From assembly GCA_963765575.1 (NCBI GenBank), contig CAVXWZ010000002.1, forward strand, positions 32,001 through 96,000: DNA of 64,000 bases. Direction: 5' to 3'. The notes below the pieces were generated by a model. It was given only the letters and a program-made list of their open reading frames with translations, was not told where the DNA came from and searched no databases. This document shows, piece by piece, positions 19,222-28,489 of this stretch. This DNA is from an uncultured cyanobacterium. GTDB lineage: Bacteria; Cyanobacteriota; Cyanobacteriia; PCC-6307; Cyanobiaceae. The position numbers and the translations under genes are program-made. Position 1 is the stretch's first letter, and every line of letters begins with the position of its first letter.

Positions 19222-21693
19222 TCAGGGGAGGGCGGGCAGGCGCACCAGCACCTCGGCGCCGCCGAGGCTCTGGCTGCGGCCCAGCACCAGGCTGCCGCCG
19301 TGGTTCTCCACAGCGGTGGCGGCCACGAACAGGCCGATGCCACTGCCACCGGCCTTGGTGCTGGAGAGCAGCAGCTGGTCGCGCTTCACGTCGACGAAGC
19401 CCGGGCCGTTGTCGGCGATGCGCAACTCCAGCCAGTCACTGCCACTGCCATTGCCATTGCCATGGCCATTGCCATTGCCATTGCCATTGCCGCTCTGGTC
19501 ACTGCGGCGCTCCAGGCTGATGGCCAGCAGGGGCCGGGCCACGGGGGCCTGGCCGAGGGCCTCCACGGCATTGCGGATCAGGTTGGCCACGGCGATCTGC
19601 AACTGGGCACTGTCCCCCAGCAACCACTGCGGCTGATCCAGCCCGCTCTGCTCCACCGTCACGCCCTGGCTGCTGAGCAGGCCAGCCAGGACGAGCCGGG
19701 CACTTTCGACCACCTCCGAGAGGTCGATGCGCTGCGGGTCGGTGCGCACATTGCGCAGCAGCATGCGCATCCGCTCGATCGTGTCCACGACCCGCTCGGT
19801 CTCGCGCAACTGCAACTCCAGCAGCGGCCTCAGCGTGCGCTGTGTCTCCCCTTCGGCAAGCTGCTCCACCTGGGCCTGCAACATCTGGGTGTTGATCAGG
19901 ATCGAGCTCAGGGGCTGGTTGATCTCGTGGGCCACGGCCGCCGCCGTGAGGCTGGTGCGCAGCTTGGCCTCCAGTTCGCGGCGCTGCCGATCCTTGAGGC
20001 CGCTCTCGCGCCTGCTGGCCAGCTCCAGGGCCGCCGCGGCCTGCTTGCGCTCGGTGACATCGAGGAACACCACCAGCATCAGATCGTCCAGCTTGGTGGC
20101 TGAGATGATCACCTCTCTGCGGCTGCGATCGCGGCACAGCAGCCTCACTTCCATCGGCGGCAGCGAGCCGCCGCTGGCCATCGACTCCACTCCCGCACTC
20201 CACTCCGCGATCACCCTCTCCGCATAGCTGGGATCGTCGTAGGCGAGCTCCATCCAGGTGTTCACATCGGGCAGCTCTGCGGGGCTGTAGCCGAAGGTCT
20301 CGATGAAGCGGCGGTTCATGAACACGATCTCCTGGGGCGGTTCCAGGCGGTTGATGCCCACCGCCACCGGCAGGACATCGAGGATGCGACGCAGCAGCAG
20401 TTGCTGGCCCTCCAGCCGCTGCCGGGCCAGCTCCTGCTCGGTGACATCGCTGAGCACCCCCTCCCAGAGGGTGGAGCCATCGGCAAGGTCGCGGGGCACC
20501 GATTCGGCCCGCACCCAGCGCACGGCGCCATCGACCAGCACCCGGCCCTGGCCGCAGAAGGGCCGCCTCTCGGCACTGGCCTCGTGCTCCAGGCGCAGGA
20601 AGGTGGCCTGGTCGTCCGGGTGCAGACAGGCGAAGGCCTGGCCCACCGCCATCCCCTGCAGGGCCTGGCGCTGCATGCCGCAGATCTCCAGAAAGCGGTC
20701 ACTCATGAAGGAGAAGCGGGCCTCCGGCTCGCCCGGGCGCAGCACCGTGGTGTAGGTGCCCACGGGGATCGCCTCGGTGATCGCCAGGGCGGTCTGGGCG
20801 AGCTGATCGCTGGTCTGCCGCAGTGAGCGACGCAGCTTGCGGGTGCGGCGGCTGCGCTGGTTCAGCAGCTCCAGCAGCTGGCCCACCTCGTCCACGGCCG
20901 CTGCCCCGGGGCGGTCCACGGGCTCGTCATCCGCTTGCCCCAACAGGGGCCTGATCACCCCCTGGAACACCCGCTCCACGGCAGCGGCCAGCGCCTCAGC
21001 CAAGAGCGCCGCCACCAGCACCAGCAGGCCGATGCGCAGAAACGAGGGAGTCAACAGCTGCGACACCTCAGCCAGACCGGCGCCGAGTCGCTGGGCCTGG
21101 GCCGCCACCGTGGTGGCCAGGGACAGGGTGATGCACGCCCCCGGCAGGCTCACCGCCAGGAACACGGCCGTGAAGGTCAGGGCCCGCGCCGACAGCCGTC
21201 CGTGCTGGCCCCGAGCCGCGAGGGCCTGCCAGAGCAGATAGGCCGCCAGACCCACGGCCGTGCACAGCACGGCCACCACCGCCTCCTTCAGGCCCAAACC
21301 GAAGGCCAGGTCCAGCCCAGCACCCAGCGCCCTGTCGAGCACGATCGTGGTGGCGGGGATGCCGAGCAGCAGCCAGTAGCCGATGGCCGCGAGCACGATC
21401 CGCCCATTGCCCTGCCGGCAGCGGCCGCCATTGCGGTGATCGAGAAACCAGCGCAGCCAGGCCAGCTGGCCCAGGCCGATGAGCAGCTCGAAGGGGTGGC
21501 TGCCACGTGCCACCGCCACCGCCAGGGCCGCCGCCCCCACCAGCAGCCCCCACCAGCCGAACAACAGCAGGGCCAGCACAGCCACGCTGCCCCCGAGCAT
21601 CAGCGGATGCTCGCAGAGCAGCGTGGGGGCGAGACCGTTGATCAGCGCTGCGACGGCCATCAGGGCCGTGAGCGAGAGGGCCCTAGTCCACAC
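19222..21693 (-). CDS. membrane sensor histidine kinase with two PAS domains (FixL/NtrB-class H box)
   Basis: Multi-TM N-terminus, PAS motifs LHPDD and FGYSPAEL..DVTERK, AHEINQPL, NLIRNA, DNGPG, GSGIGL. Confidence 0.9.
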   Translation of the reverse strand: MWTRALSLTALMAVAALINGLAPTLLCEHPLMLGGSVAVLALLLFGWWGLLVGAAALAVAVARGSHPFELLIGLGQLAWLRWFLDHRNGGRCRQGNGRIVLAAIGYWLLLGIPATTIVLDRALGAGLDLAFGLGLKEAVVAVLCTAVGLAAYLLWQALAARGQHGRLSARALTFTAVFLAVSLPGACITLSLATTVAAQAQRLGAGLAEVSQLLTPSFLRIGLLVLVAALLAEALAAAVERVFQGVIRPLLGQADDEPVDRPGAAAVDEVGQLLELLNQRSRRTRKLRRSLRQTSDQLAQTALAITEAIPVGTYTTVLRPGEPEARFSFMSDRFLEICGMQRQALQGMAVGQAFACLHPDDQATFLRLEHEASAERRPFCGQGRVLVDGAVRWVRAESVPRDLADGSTLWEGVLSDVTEQELARQRLEGQQLLLRRILDVLPVAVGINRLEPPQEIVFMNRRFIETFGYSPAELPDVNTWMELAYDDPSYAERVIAEWSAGVESMASGGSLPPMEVRLLCRDRSRREVIISATKLDDLMLVVFLDVTERKQAAAALELASRRESGLKDRQRRELEAKLRTSLTAAAVAHEINQPLSSILINTQMLQAQVEQLAEGETQRTLRPLLELQLRETERVVDTIERMRMLLRNVRTDPQRIDLSEVVESARLVLAGLLSSQGVTVEQSGLDQPQWLLGDSAQLQIAVANLIRNAVEALGQAPVARPLLAISLERRSDQSGNGNGNGNGHGNGNGSGSDWLELRIADNGPGFVDVKRDQLLLSSTKAGGSGIGLFVAATAVENHGGSLVLGRSQSLGGAEVLVRLPALP
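19437..19490. repeat. hexanucleotide tandem repeat (CATTGC-like x9) encoding GNGNGNGHGNGNGSGS
   Basis: cactgc x2, cattgc x2, catggc, cattgc x4 read directly. Confidence 0.9.
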
Positions 21694-22312
21694 GGTTGAG
21701 GCTCATCTGCAGTTCGAGGGCCGCCAGCCTCACCAGCTCCCCCCCCTTGGCCCCCACCTTGACGGTGATGTTCTTGCGATGGGTCTCCACCGTGCGCAGC
21801 GACAGGCCCAGCTGGGCGGCGATGGCGCGATTGGTGCAACCTTTGCCGATGAGGCCGAACACCTCCCGCTCGCGGACCGTGAGGCGGCCCCGGGGCTCGC
21901 CGTCGGCCGTCTCTTCGAAGCGGGGATCGATCAGACGCTGGACCTCGCTGCGCAGATCGTCGTAGGCGCGGGTCTTGTCGACCACCGCCCGCACCAGGGG
22001 CCGCAGCTGGCGAGGGCAGACAAAACTGCTGGACTGGCCGGAGAGCACGATCACCCGCGGGATCATTTCGGGGTCCTGCTCACTGAGGGCCGCCATCACC
22101 TCCACACCGTCGCCATCGGGCAGGGCCAGGTCGAGGATCAGCAGCTCGGGGCTGAGGGCACGGCAGACCTCGATCGCTTCGGCCGCACCCTGGGCCGTGG
22201 CCACCACCTCCAGACCCGGCAGGGACCGCAGCATGGCCACCAGGAGCTGCAGGAACATCACCTGGTCTTCCACCACCACACAGCGCAGGGGCACGGCCGT
22301 CGCAGTCACCAT
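21683..22312 (-). CDS. NarL/FixJ (LuxR HTH) response regulator
   Basis: VVEDQ, LILDLALPDGDG, LTVREREV, LSLRTVETHRKNI; overlaps the kinase start. Confidence 0.92.
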   Translation of the reverse strand: MVTATAVPLRCVVVEDQVMFLQLLVAMLRSLPGLEVVATAQGAAEAIEVCRALSPELLILDLALPDGDGVEVMAALSEQDPEMIPRVIVLSGQSSSFVCPRQLRPLVRAVVDKTRAYDDLRSEVQRLIDPRFEETADGEPRGRLTVREREVFGLIGKGCTNRAIAAQLGLSLRTVETHRKNITVKVGAKGGELVRLAALELQMSLNRVD

Positions 22313-22485
22313 TGCTCTATTACAGCGCTTGACAGCAGCACCGATGCACCCCCACCGCCCTGGGCTCAAACGCTGAGCACGCCGGCATCGGGCCCGGAGC
22401 CAGTGAAAGACTGGCCCAGCCCCCACGTTCAGGGCCACCGCCTGCCTCAACGCCCCCCTCTCGCCCCAGCCTCCGTCCTTCCTCC

Positions 22486-22971
22486 ATGCAGCTGCGCATC
22501 GGCAACGGCTACGACATCCACCGGCTGCTGCCGGGTCGGCCGCTGATCCTGGGGGGACAGCGGCTGGAGCACCCCGCCGGCCTCGGGCTTGATGGCCACA
22601 GTGATGCCGACGTGCTGGTGCACGCGATCATGGATGCCCTGCTGGGAGCCCTCTCCCTGGGTGACATCGGCCGCTACTTCCCCCCCGACGATCCCCAGTG
22701 GCGCGGGGCCGACAGCCTGGTGTTGCTGGAGAAGGTGGTGGCCCTGCTGCGGGAGCGTGGCTGGAGCGTGGGCAATGTGGATGCGGTGGTGATCGCCGAG
22801 CGCCCCCGGCTGCGGCCCCACATCGAGGCCATGCGCAGCGCCATCGCCGCCCGCATGGCCCTCAGCGCCGATCAGGTGGGCATCAAGGCCACCACCAACG
22901 AACGCCTGGGGCCCGTGGGCCGCGAGGAGGGCATCGCCTGCCACGCCGTGGCCCTGCTGCTGCTGCCATGA
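22486..22971 (+). CDS. ispF: 2-C-methyl-D-erythritol 2,4-cyclodiphosphate synthase
   Basis: [32 protein letters not shown]. Confidence 0.97.
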   Translation: MQLRIGNGYDIHRLLPGRPLILGGQRLEHPAGLGLDGHSDADVLVHAIMDALLGALSLGDIGRYFPPDDPQWRGADSLVLLEKVVALLRERGWSVGNVDAVVIAERPRLRPHIEAMRSAIAARMALSADQVGIKATTNERLGPVGREEGIACHAVALLLLP

Positions 22972-23462
22972 GCACCACCAGGACGGCCCTGATCACGCTG
23001 CTGGTTGGGCTGGCCGTGCTGGCTGTGGTGGCCGGGCTGCCGCTGCCCCTGGGGGCGGCCCCCTCCGCCAGGCTGGCTGCCACTCGGCCCGCAACCGCCA
23101 TGGCAGACCCCACGCCCGCTGCGCTGCAGCCGGCCGAGCGCAGCACCCAGGTGGTGGAGCAGCTGCGGCTGCGGGTGCCGGCAGGCCAGAGGCAGGCCTG
23201 GCTGGTGGCCGAGCGGGGCAGCTGGGGCCCCTTTCTGGCCCGCCAGGAGGGTTTCCTGGGCAGGGAATTGCTGTGGGATCCCGCGCGCGAGGAGGGCACC
23301 CTGCTGATCCGCTGGGCCAGCCGGGCAGCCTGGAAGGCCATTCCCAGCGCAGACCTGCAGGAGGTTCAGCTGCGCTTTGAGACCCTCGCCCGGGAGCAGA
23401 CGGGGCTCAGCGACGGCAACCCCTTCCCGCTGGTGTTCGAGGGGGAACTGGTGCCCCTGTGA
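22968..23462 (+). CDS. TIGR03792-family (ABM-like) cyanobacterial protein with N-terminal signal/TM segment
   Basis: [37 protein letters not shown] overlap with ispF. Confidence 0.75.
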   Translation: MSTTRTALITLLVGLAVLAVVAGLPLPLGAAPSARLAATRPATAMADPTPAALQPAERSTQVVEQLRLRVPAGQRQAWLVAERGSWGPFLARQEGFLGRELLWDPAREEGTLLIRWASRAAWKAIPSADLQEVQLRFETLAREQTGLSDGNPFPLVFEGELVPL

Positions 23463-23562
23463 ACCCAAGCAGCCCTGTTCCCACCAGGCGCGGCGGCCAT
23501 GCCCTGCCCCTGCAGCGTCCGGGCGGGCCCCCCGGGCTGCTGGCCAGCGTGGGGGAGCAGCC

Positions 23563-24255
23563 ATGAGTGCCGGCGAGCAGGTGCCGCAGCACCGCCTGGA
23601 CCTGCAGCGCCGCCAGCGGCTGGGGATGGTGGAGGCGGTGTGGGGGGAGCACAAGAGCGCCGCACAGATCGCCGCCATCGCCGCCCGCCTGCACGGGGCG
23701 GGGGAACTGCTGCTCGCCACCCGCGTCGCGCCGGAGAAGGCCGAGGCCGTGGTGGCCCTGCTGGCTGCACCGCTGCTGCGCCACCACACCGAGGCCCGCT
23801 GCCTCACCAGCCGTGACCTGCCGGCGATCCGTGCGGAGCTGGGGCGGGTGACCGTCGTCGCCGGCGGCACCAGTGACCTCACGGTGGCCAGCGAAGCCCA
23901 GCTGGCCCTGGCCTGCCACGGCATTGCCGTGGACCTGGTGCTGGATGTGGGCGTGGCCGGGCTGCACCGCTTGCTCGATCAGCTCGAGCACCTGAGCCAG
24001 GCCGATGTGCTGATCGCCTGCGCCGGCATGGAGGGGGCCCTGCCCACCGTGCTGGCGGGTCTGTTGCCCCAGCCGGTGATCGGCGTGCCGGTGAGCGTGG
24101 GCTATGGGGTGAGCGCCGGCGGGCGGGCCGCCCTCAGCGGCATGCTGGCCAGCTGCGCTCCGGGCCTGAGCGTGGTGAACGTGGACAACGGCTACGGCGC
24201 CGCCATGGCGGCGCTGCGCATCCTCAGACGTGACGCAGATCGGGGAAGGCCGTGA
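23563..24255 (+). CDS. larB: LarB/CpmA (AIR carboxylase-like) protein
   Basis: EAVWGEHK, GGTSDL, DVGVAGLHRL, AGMEGALP, PVSVGYG, VVNVDNGYGAA. Confidence 0.9.
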   Translation: MSAGEQVPQHRLDLQRRQRLGMVEAVWGEHKSAAQIAAIAARLHGAGELLLATRVAPEKAEAVVALLAAPLLRHHTEARCLTSRDLPAIRAELGRVTVVAGGTSDLTVASEAQLALACHGIAVDLVLDVGVAGLHRLLDQLEHLSQADVLIACAGMEGALPTVLAGLLPQPVIGVPVSVGYGVSAGGRAALSGMLASCAPGLSVVNVDNGYGAAMAALRILRRDADRGRP

Positions 24256-25168
24256 GCAACTGCTCGGTGCTGAACGCCTCGCCGGCCCCATCGGGCTGCC
24301 AGATCACCTCCAGGGCGATCAGGTCGGAGGAGCTCACAGCCCCCAGCACCTGCAGGGAACTGCGCAGCTGATCGGCGCTGTCGGCTCCCTTGAGGGGCAG
24401 GGGGCGGCGGCTCGCCAGCAGCACGGTGACGGCGATGAAATCACTGGTCGCGTCACTGTCGCCGGCATTGACCCCGGAATCCTGGGAGCGGCGGCCGGCC
24501 ACGTTGGTGGTGATCTCGCGGTCGAGCTTGCTGCGCTCGGCCATCGACAGGCGGTTGAAGGTGGACTCGGCGCTGGCGAAGGGGACCTGGCCCAGTTCGG
24601 CGTTGGCGTAGACCCAGAGATCGGGGTGGCGCAGCAGGGCCAGGGTCGTCTCCTGCAGCACGGTCTGCAGGCCACTGCTATGGCTGGTGTCGGCCGAGAC
24701 CGCCAGTTTGCGCAGGTCGCCCTGCAGCTCCCGGGCGGAGGCCAGCAGCCCCACCTGCACCTGGGCGATGCTCACCGGTCCGTCGCTGCGGGGGGCCATC
24801 ACGGAGCGGGAGCCGCCGCCCTGGGTCATGGCACCACCAGCACCGCGCACGGCATTGGCGATCAGCCCCACCACGGCCATCAGCACCAGGAAGCCGAACA
24901 GGCCGCCACCGCCGAAACCGAACATCGGAATGATGAAGGGGAAGCCCATGCCGCCACCGCGGGAGCCGCCGCCAAAGCCGCCGCGCATGCCACCACCGCC
25001 GCCACTGAAGCTGCGGGGCATGGAGGGGGCAGAGCGGAAGCTGCCGCCGCCGATGCGCCCACCGCTGACGGCCCAGGAGGGCTGGGGGGCGAACACCAGC
25101 AGGCCGAGCACCAGGGCCGGCAGGGCCAGCCAGGCGAAGGCGCGGCGCAGGAGGGTGGAGGAACGCAT
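24224..25168 (-). CDS. DUF1517 (FLAP1-like) protein
   Basis: Signal peptide, SGGRIGGGSFR, Gly-rich segment, ALLRHP, FNRLSMAERSK, EVIWQP. Confidence 0.85.
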   Translation of the reverse strand: MRSSTLLRRAFAWLALPALVLGLLVFAPQPSWAVSGGRIGGGSFRSAPSMPRSFSGGGGGMRGGFGGGSRGGGMGFPFIIPMFGFGGGGLFGFLVLMAVVGLIANAVRGAGGAMTQGGGSRSVMAPRSDGPVSIAQVQVGLLASARELQGDLRKLAVSADTSHSSGLQTVLQETTLALLRHPDLWVYANAELGQVPFASAESTFNRLSMAERSKLDREITTNVAGRRSQDSGVNAGDSDATSDFIAVTVLLASRRPLPLKGADSADQLRSSLQVLGAVSSSDLIALEVIWQPDGAGEAFSTEQLLTAFPDLRHV

Positions 25169-25245
25169 GCGGAAACCAACTTCGGGACGGGCGCGAGCGG
25201 GAAGTCGCGTCCTTCGGTGATATCTGGGCGATATCTGGTCGGAAT

Positions 25246-25491
25246 CTAGGAACCACCTCCCACGATGGTGACCACCTCGAGCACGTCGGATTCCTGCACC
25301 TCCTGGGCGCCCCAGTGGCTGCGGTGCAGGATGTCGCCGTTGAATTCCACCACCACCAGCTGGGGCCTGTAGCCCAGTTCCACCAGCAGCCGCTCCAGGC
25401 TGAGGCCAGGCGGGAAGCGACGCGGCTCACCGTTCACCTGGATCGCGATCTCACGGTCGGGGGCCATCGCCGGGCGGGGAGCAGGGGCCAT
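25246..25491 (-). CDS. thiS: sulfur carrier protein ThiS (start 25467 or 25491)
   Basis: IQVNGE, VVEFNG, EVVTIVGGG. Confidence 0.93.
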   Translation of the reverse strand: MAPAPRPAMAPDREIAIQVNGEPRRFPPGLSLERLLVELGYRPQLVVVEFNGDILHRSHWGAQEVQESDVLEVVTIVGGGS

Positions 25492-25543
25492 GTTCGGCGA
25501 TCAGGGGTCGCGATCAGGGGTCGTGGGCCGGCTGGCGGAGCCC

Positions 25544-26662
25544 TCAGTGCTCCTGCTCCAGGGCCAGCAGCAGCTCCCGGCTGGCGGCCGCCGGATCGGC
25601 GGCCTCGGTGATCGCCCGCACCACCGCCAGCCGGCTGGCGCCGGCCCGCCGCAGCTCCGGCACCGCCGCCGCCGTGATGCCCCCGATGGCGAAGCAGGGG
25701 ATGGCGCTGGCGGCGGCGGCCTGACGCACATAGTCGAGCCCCACCGGCGCCCGGCCGGGCTTGGTGGGGGTGGCGTTCACCGGCCCCACGCCCACGTAGT
25801 CGCAGCCATCGGCCTGGGCCTGCTGCAACTGCTCGATGGCGTGGGTGCTGCGGCCGATCAAGCGCTCCGGCCCCAGCAGCCGGCGGGCCAGGGACGGCGG
25901 CAGATCACCCTGGCCCAGGTGGACGCCGTCGGCATCCACCGCCAGGGCCAGATCGATGCGGTCGTTGACCACAAACAGCGCCCCGTGGCGGGCGCAGAGC
26001 TGGCGCAGCTGGCGCGCCTGGCGCAACCGCTCGCCGTCGTTGAGGGGCTGCCCATCGGGGCCGCTGCTGCCCGGCTTGGCCCGGTACTGCACCAGGCGCA
26101 CGCCCCCGGCCAGGGCCGCCTCCACCACTGCCGCCAGACCCGGCACCGCACCGGTGACGAGGTAGAGGTGGGCGGCCTGCAGGCGCTGGCGGCGCTCGCT
26201 GCCGCCGCCGGCCTCACGCCCCAGCTCCAGTTCCAGGTCGTAGAGCCGGTAGCGGATGGCGGCGGCCTCCTGGGCCAGCTCCGGGTCGATGGCGCGGCCG
26301 AATTCCTCCAGCACCCGCAGGGCCTCCTGCACCCGGGCGGCATTGGCCGCCACCACCTGGGCGGGCCGCAGCCGCTGCGCCTGGGCGGGATGGCCCAGGC
26401 CGGCGGCGACATCGCCGGCCGTGTGCCGGGCCTGTTTGTAGGCCGGGCGGTGCAGCCGTCCCAGCCGCTGCCGCAGGTCCTTGGTGCGGGCCACCAGATC
26501 GGCGCGCTCCAGGCCGAAGCGGGCCCAGTCCTCCAGCACCCGCAGGCCCTCGCGGGCCCGGTCGAGGTTGGCATCCAGCAGCCTCTGCACGGCCGCCAGC
26601 TCCAGCACCGGATGGCCGGGATCGGCGGCCGGGGAGGGAGGTGGGGTGTCGGGCGTGACCAT
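25544..26662 (-). CDS. thiE: thiamine-phosphate synthase (cyanobacterial long form)
   Basis: [47 protein letters not shown]. Confidence 0.95.
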   Translation of the reverse strand: MVTPDTPPPSPAADPGHPVLELAAVQRLLDANLDRAREGLRVLEDWARFGLERADLVARTKDLRQRLGRLHRPAYKQARHTAGDVAAGLGHPAQAQRLRPAQVVAANAARVQEALRVLEEFGRAIDPELAQEAAAIRYRLYDLELELGREAGGGSERRQRLQAAHLYLVTGAVPGLAAVVEAALAGGVRLVQYRAKPGSSGPDGQPLNDGERLRQARQLRQLCARHGALFVVNDRIDLALAVDADGVHLGQGDLPPSLARRLLGPERLIGRSTHAIEQLQQAQADGCDYVGVGPVNATPTKPGRAPVGLDYVRQAAAASAIPCFAIGGITAAAVPELRRAGASRLAVVRAITEAADPAAASRELLLALEQEH

Positions 26663-26727
26663 GGCGAGGAACGACTGCTGATTAACTGGGGCCCAGGTGT
26701 GCTGCTGCCGGCCGGCAGATCCAGGCC

Positions 26728-26856
26728 ATGGCCAACGGATTCGATCAGGGCGGCGGCGACAAGCCGATGCTGGTGCTGGTATCAGGGATTCTGCTGCTGG
26801 GCGGCATCGGCGCCTTCATCGTCTGGGGCCTCACCCACGCCTACCCCGCGGCCTAG
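26728..26856 (+). CDS. ndhQ: NdhQ-like small single-TM subunit of NDH-1 (42 aa)
   Basis: [42 protein letters not shown] resembles, from memory, the cyanobacterial NdhQ pattern (D-x-P, TM segment, W-x-L-x-x-A-Y end); below the ORF-track size cutoff. Confidence 0.72.
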   Translation: MANGFDQGGGDKPMLVLVSGILLLGGIGAFIVWGLTHAYPAA

Positions 26857-26911
26857 CTCAAGGCCGGCTCAAGGCCTAGCTCAAGGCCTGGCTCACGAAC
26901 TAGCTCACGGG
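26853..26911. repeat. five degenerate 11-12 bp tandem units (CTRGCTCAMGRV) at the ribF 3' end
   Basis: ctagctcaaggc / cggctcaaggc / ctagctcaaggc / ctggctcacgaa / ctagctcacggg. Confidence 0.8.
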
Positions 26912-27818
26912 CGCGATCGGCGTCAGCGGCGATCTGGGCGCTGAGGGCGTCGAGGTCATCGAAGCGGCGCTGCGGTCGCAGCAAAGCCAGTGGCTGCACG
27001 CGCAGCTCGCGGCCCACCAGCTCCAGGGAGCGATCGAGCAGATGCACCTCCACCGCCGAGGGGGCGGCGGGGTCCACGGTGGGCTGGGGACCGAGGTTCA
27101 TCACCGCCGCCATGGCGCCGCTGGTGCCCCCGCTCCCCCCGCCCGCCAGGACCACCCGGGCGGCATAGACCCCCTCCATGGGCAAGAACTTGCGGCCATC
27201 CACCTGCAGGTTGGCGGTGGGCCAGCCCAGCTGCCGCCCCAGGCCCCGGCCGCGCACCACCACGCCGCTGAAGCGGTAGGGCCGCTCCAGCAAGCGCTGG
27301 GCGGTGGCCAGGTCGCCGGCGCTCAGGGCCCGGCGGATGCGACTGCTGCTGAGCGCTTCGGGACCGTCCGAGAGCATCGGCAGCACGGTCACGGCGATGC
27401 CGCGGTCGGCGGCGATGGCCTGCAGGTCGCGGACGTCGCCGGTGCGGCCGGCACCGAAGCGAAAGTCCTCACCCACGGCCACCCGCCGCGCCGCCAGCTG
27501 GTCCACCAGCACCTGCTCCACAAAGGCCTGCGGCTGCAGGGCGGCGAGCTGGCGGTCGAATGGCACCAGCACCAGCTGCCGGATGCCCAGGGGCTCCAGC
27601 AGCTCCAGCTTCTCGGCCGGCAAATCGAGGCGCAGGCGGGGCTCGCCGTAGAGCACTTCGCGCGGGTGGGGCCAGAAGCTCACCACCGTGGGCACGCCCT
27701 CAGTCGAGCCGCTGACGGCGGCGATCACCCGGCGGTGGCCGCGGTGCAGGCCATCGAAACTGCCCAGGGCAATGGCGGTGGGGCGCCGGGCCTGGCGGGG
27801 CGTGAGCAGGGGAATCAA
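26853..27818 (-). CDS. ribF: bifunctional riboflavin kinase/FAD synthetase
   Basis: ALGSFDGLHRGH, FWPHP, GEDFRFG, SSSRIR, GRQLGWPTANL, VEVHLLD; TTG start inferred. Confidence 0.95.
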   Translation of the reverse strand: MIPLLTPRQARRPTAIALGSFDGLHRGHRRVIAAVSGSTEGVPTVVSFWPHPREVLYGEPRLRLDLPAEKLELLEPLGIRQLVLVPFDRQLAALQPQAFVEQVLVDQLAARRVAVGEDFRFGAGRTGDVRDLQAIAADRGIAVTVLPMLSDGPEALSSSRIRRALSAGDLATAQRLLERPYRFSGVVVRGRGLGRQLGWPTANLQVDGRKFLPMEGVYAARVVLAGGGSGGTSGAMAAVMNLGPQPTVDPAAPSAVEVHLLDRSLELVGRELRVQPLALLRPQRRFDDLDALSAQIAADADRARELVREPGLELGLEPALS

Positions 27819-27892
27819 CGCGACAGTTCCCGAAGCCGTGGCACGCCGAGGTGATCTTCCCATGGCAGCTTTGGGGCACCCGATCGAGGCCG

Positions 27893-28474
27893 ATGACCGA
27901 CGAGCTGGAGCTGCAGAAGCTGGCGGGCGCCCTGCGGCTGTTGGGCTGGATCCGTTTCTGGGTGCAGGTGGCGCTCGGGGTGGTGGTGGTGGGGGTGCTG
28001 GTGTTCAACAACGTCGGCGGCCAGTTGGCGGCCAACTCAGCCCGGGCCCTGGGCCTGGGCCCGGGCATCAGCCTCACCAGCCTGGCTTTCCTGGTGCTGC
28101 TCTGGAGCGGCTGGCAGAGCTGGCTGGTGGTGCGCTGTGGCCGGGCCCTGGGCAGCGCGGTGAAACCGAGCCGGGGGGAGACCGGCCGGCTGGTCAAGCG
28201 CGGCCTGCTGGCCGACCTGGCGGGATTGACCCTGGCGGCCCTGGGCTACCAGGCCATGGCCGGCAGCCTGTTCGTGCAGGCCTCCCAGCAGGTGCCGGGG
28301 TTCTTCGGGGCCCAGATCCAGGGCGGCCAGGGCACGGGCGCCCGGGTGGTGGGCCTGCCGATCACTTCGATCGAGATGTTCGCGGTGCTGGGCAACACCC
28401 AGGTGCTGTTTGCCCACCTGATCGGCCTGCTGATCAGTCTCTGGATGCTGCGCCGGATCTACAAGGTGCGCTGA
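27893..28474 (+). CDS. DUF3611 family membrane protein
   Basis: GWIRFWVQ N-terminal motif, four TM helices, NTQVLFAHLIGL. Confidence 0.8.
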   Translation: MTDELELQKLAGALRLLGWIRFWVQVALGVVVVGVLVFNNVGGQLAANSARALGLGPGISLTSLAFLVLLWSGWQSWLVVRCGRALGSAVKPSRGETGRLVKRGLLADLAGLTLAALGYQAMAGSLFVQASQQVPGFFGAQIQGGQGTGARVVGLPITSIEMFAVLGNTQVLFAHLIGLLISLWMLRRIYKVR

Positions 28475-28489
28475 TCGGGAGCCTGCCAG

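Noticed and set aside
26663..26727. TPP riboswitch upstream of thiE-thiS
   Set aside because: The gap is only 65 bp and lacks the CTGAGA core and other TPP motifs
26853..26911. CRISPR array
   Set aside because: Units are 11-12 bp, contiguous and spacer-less, and no cas genes are present
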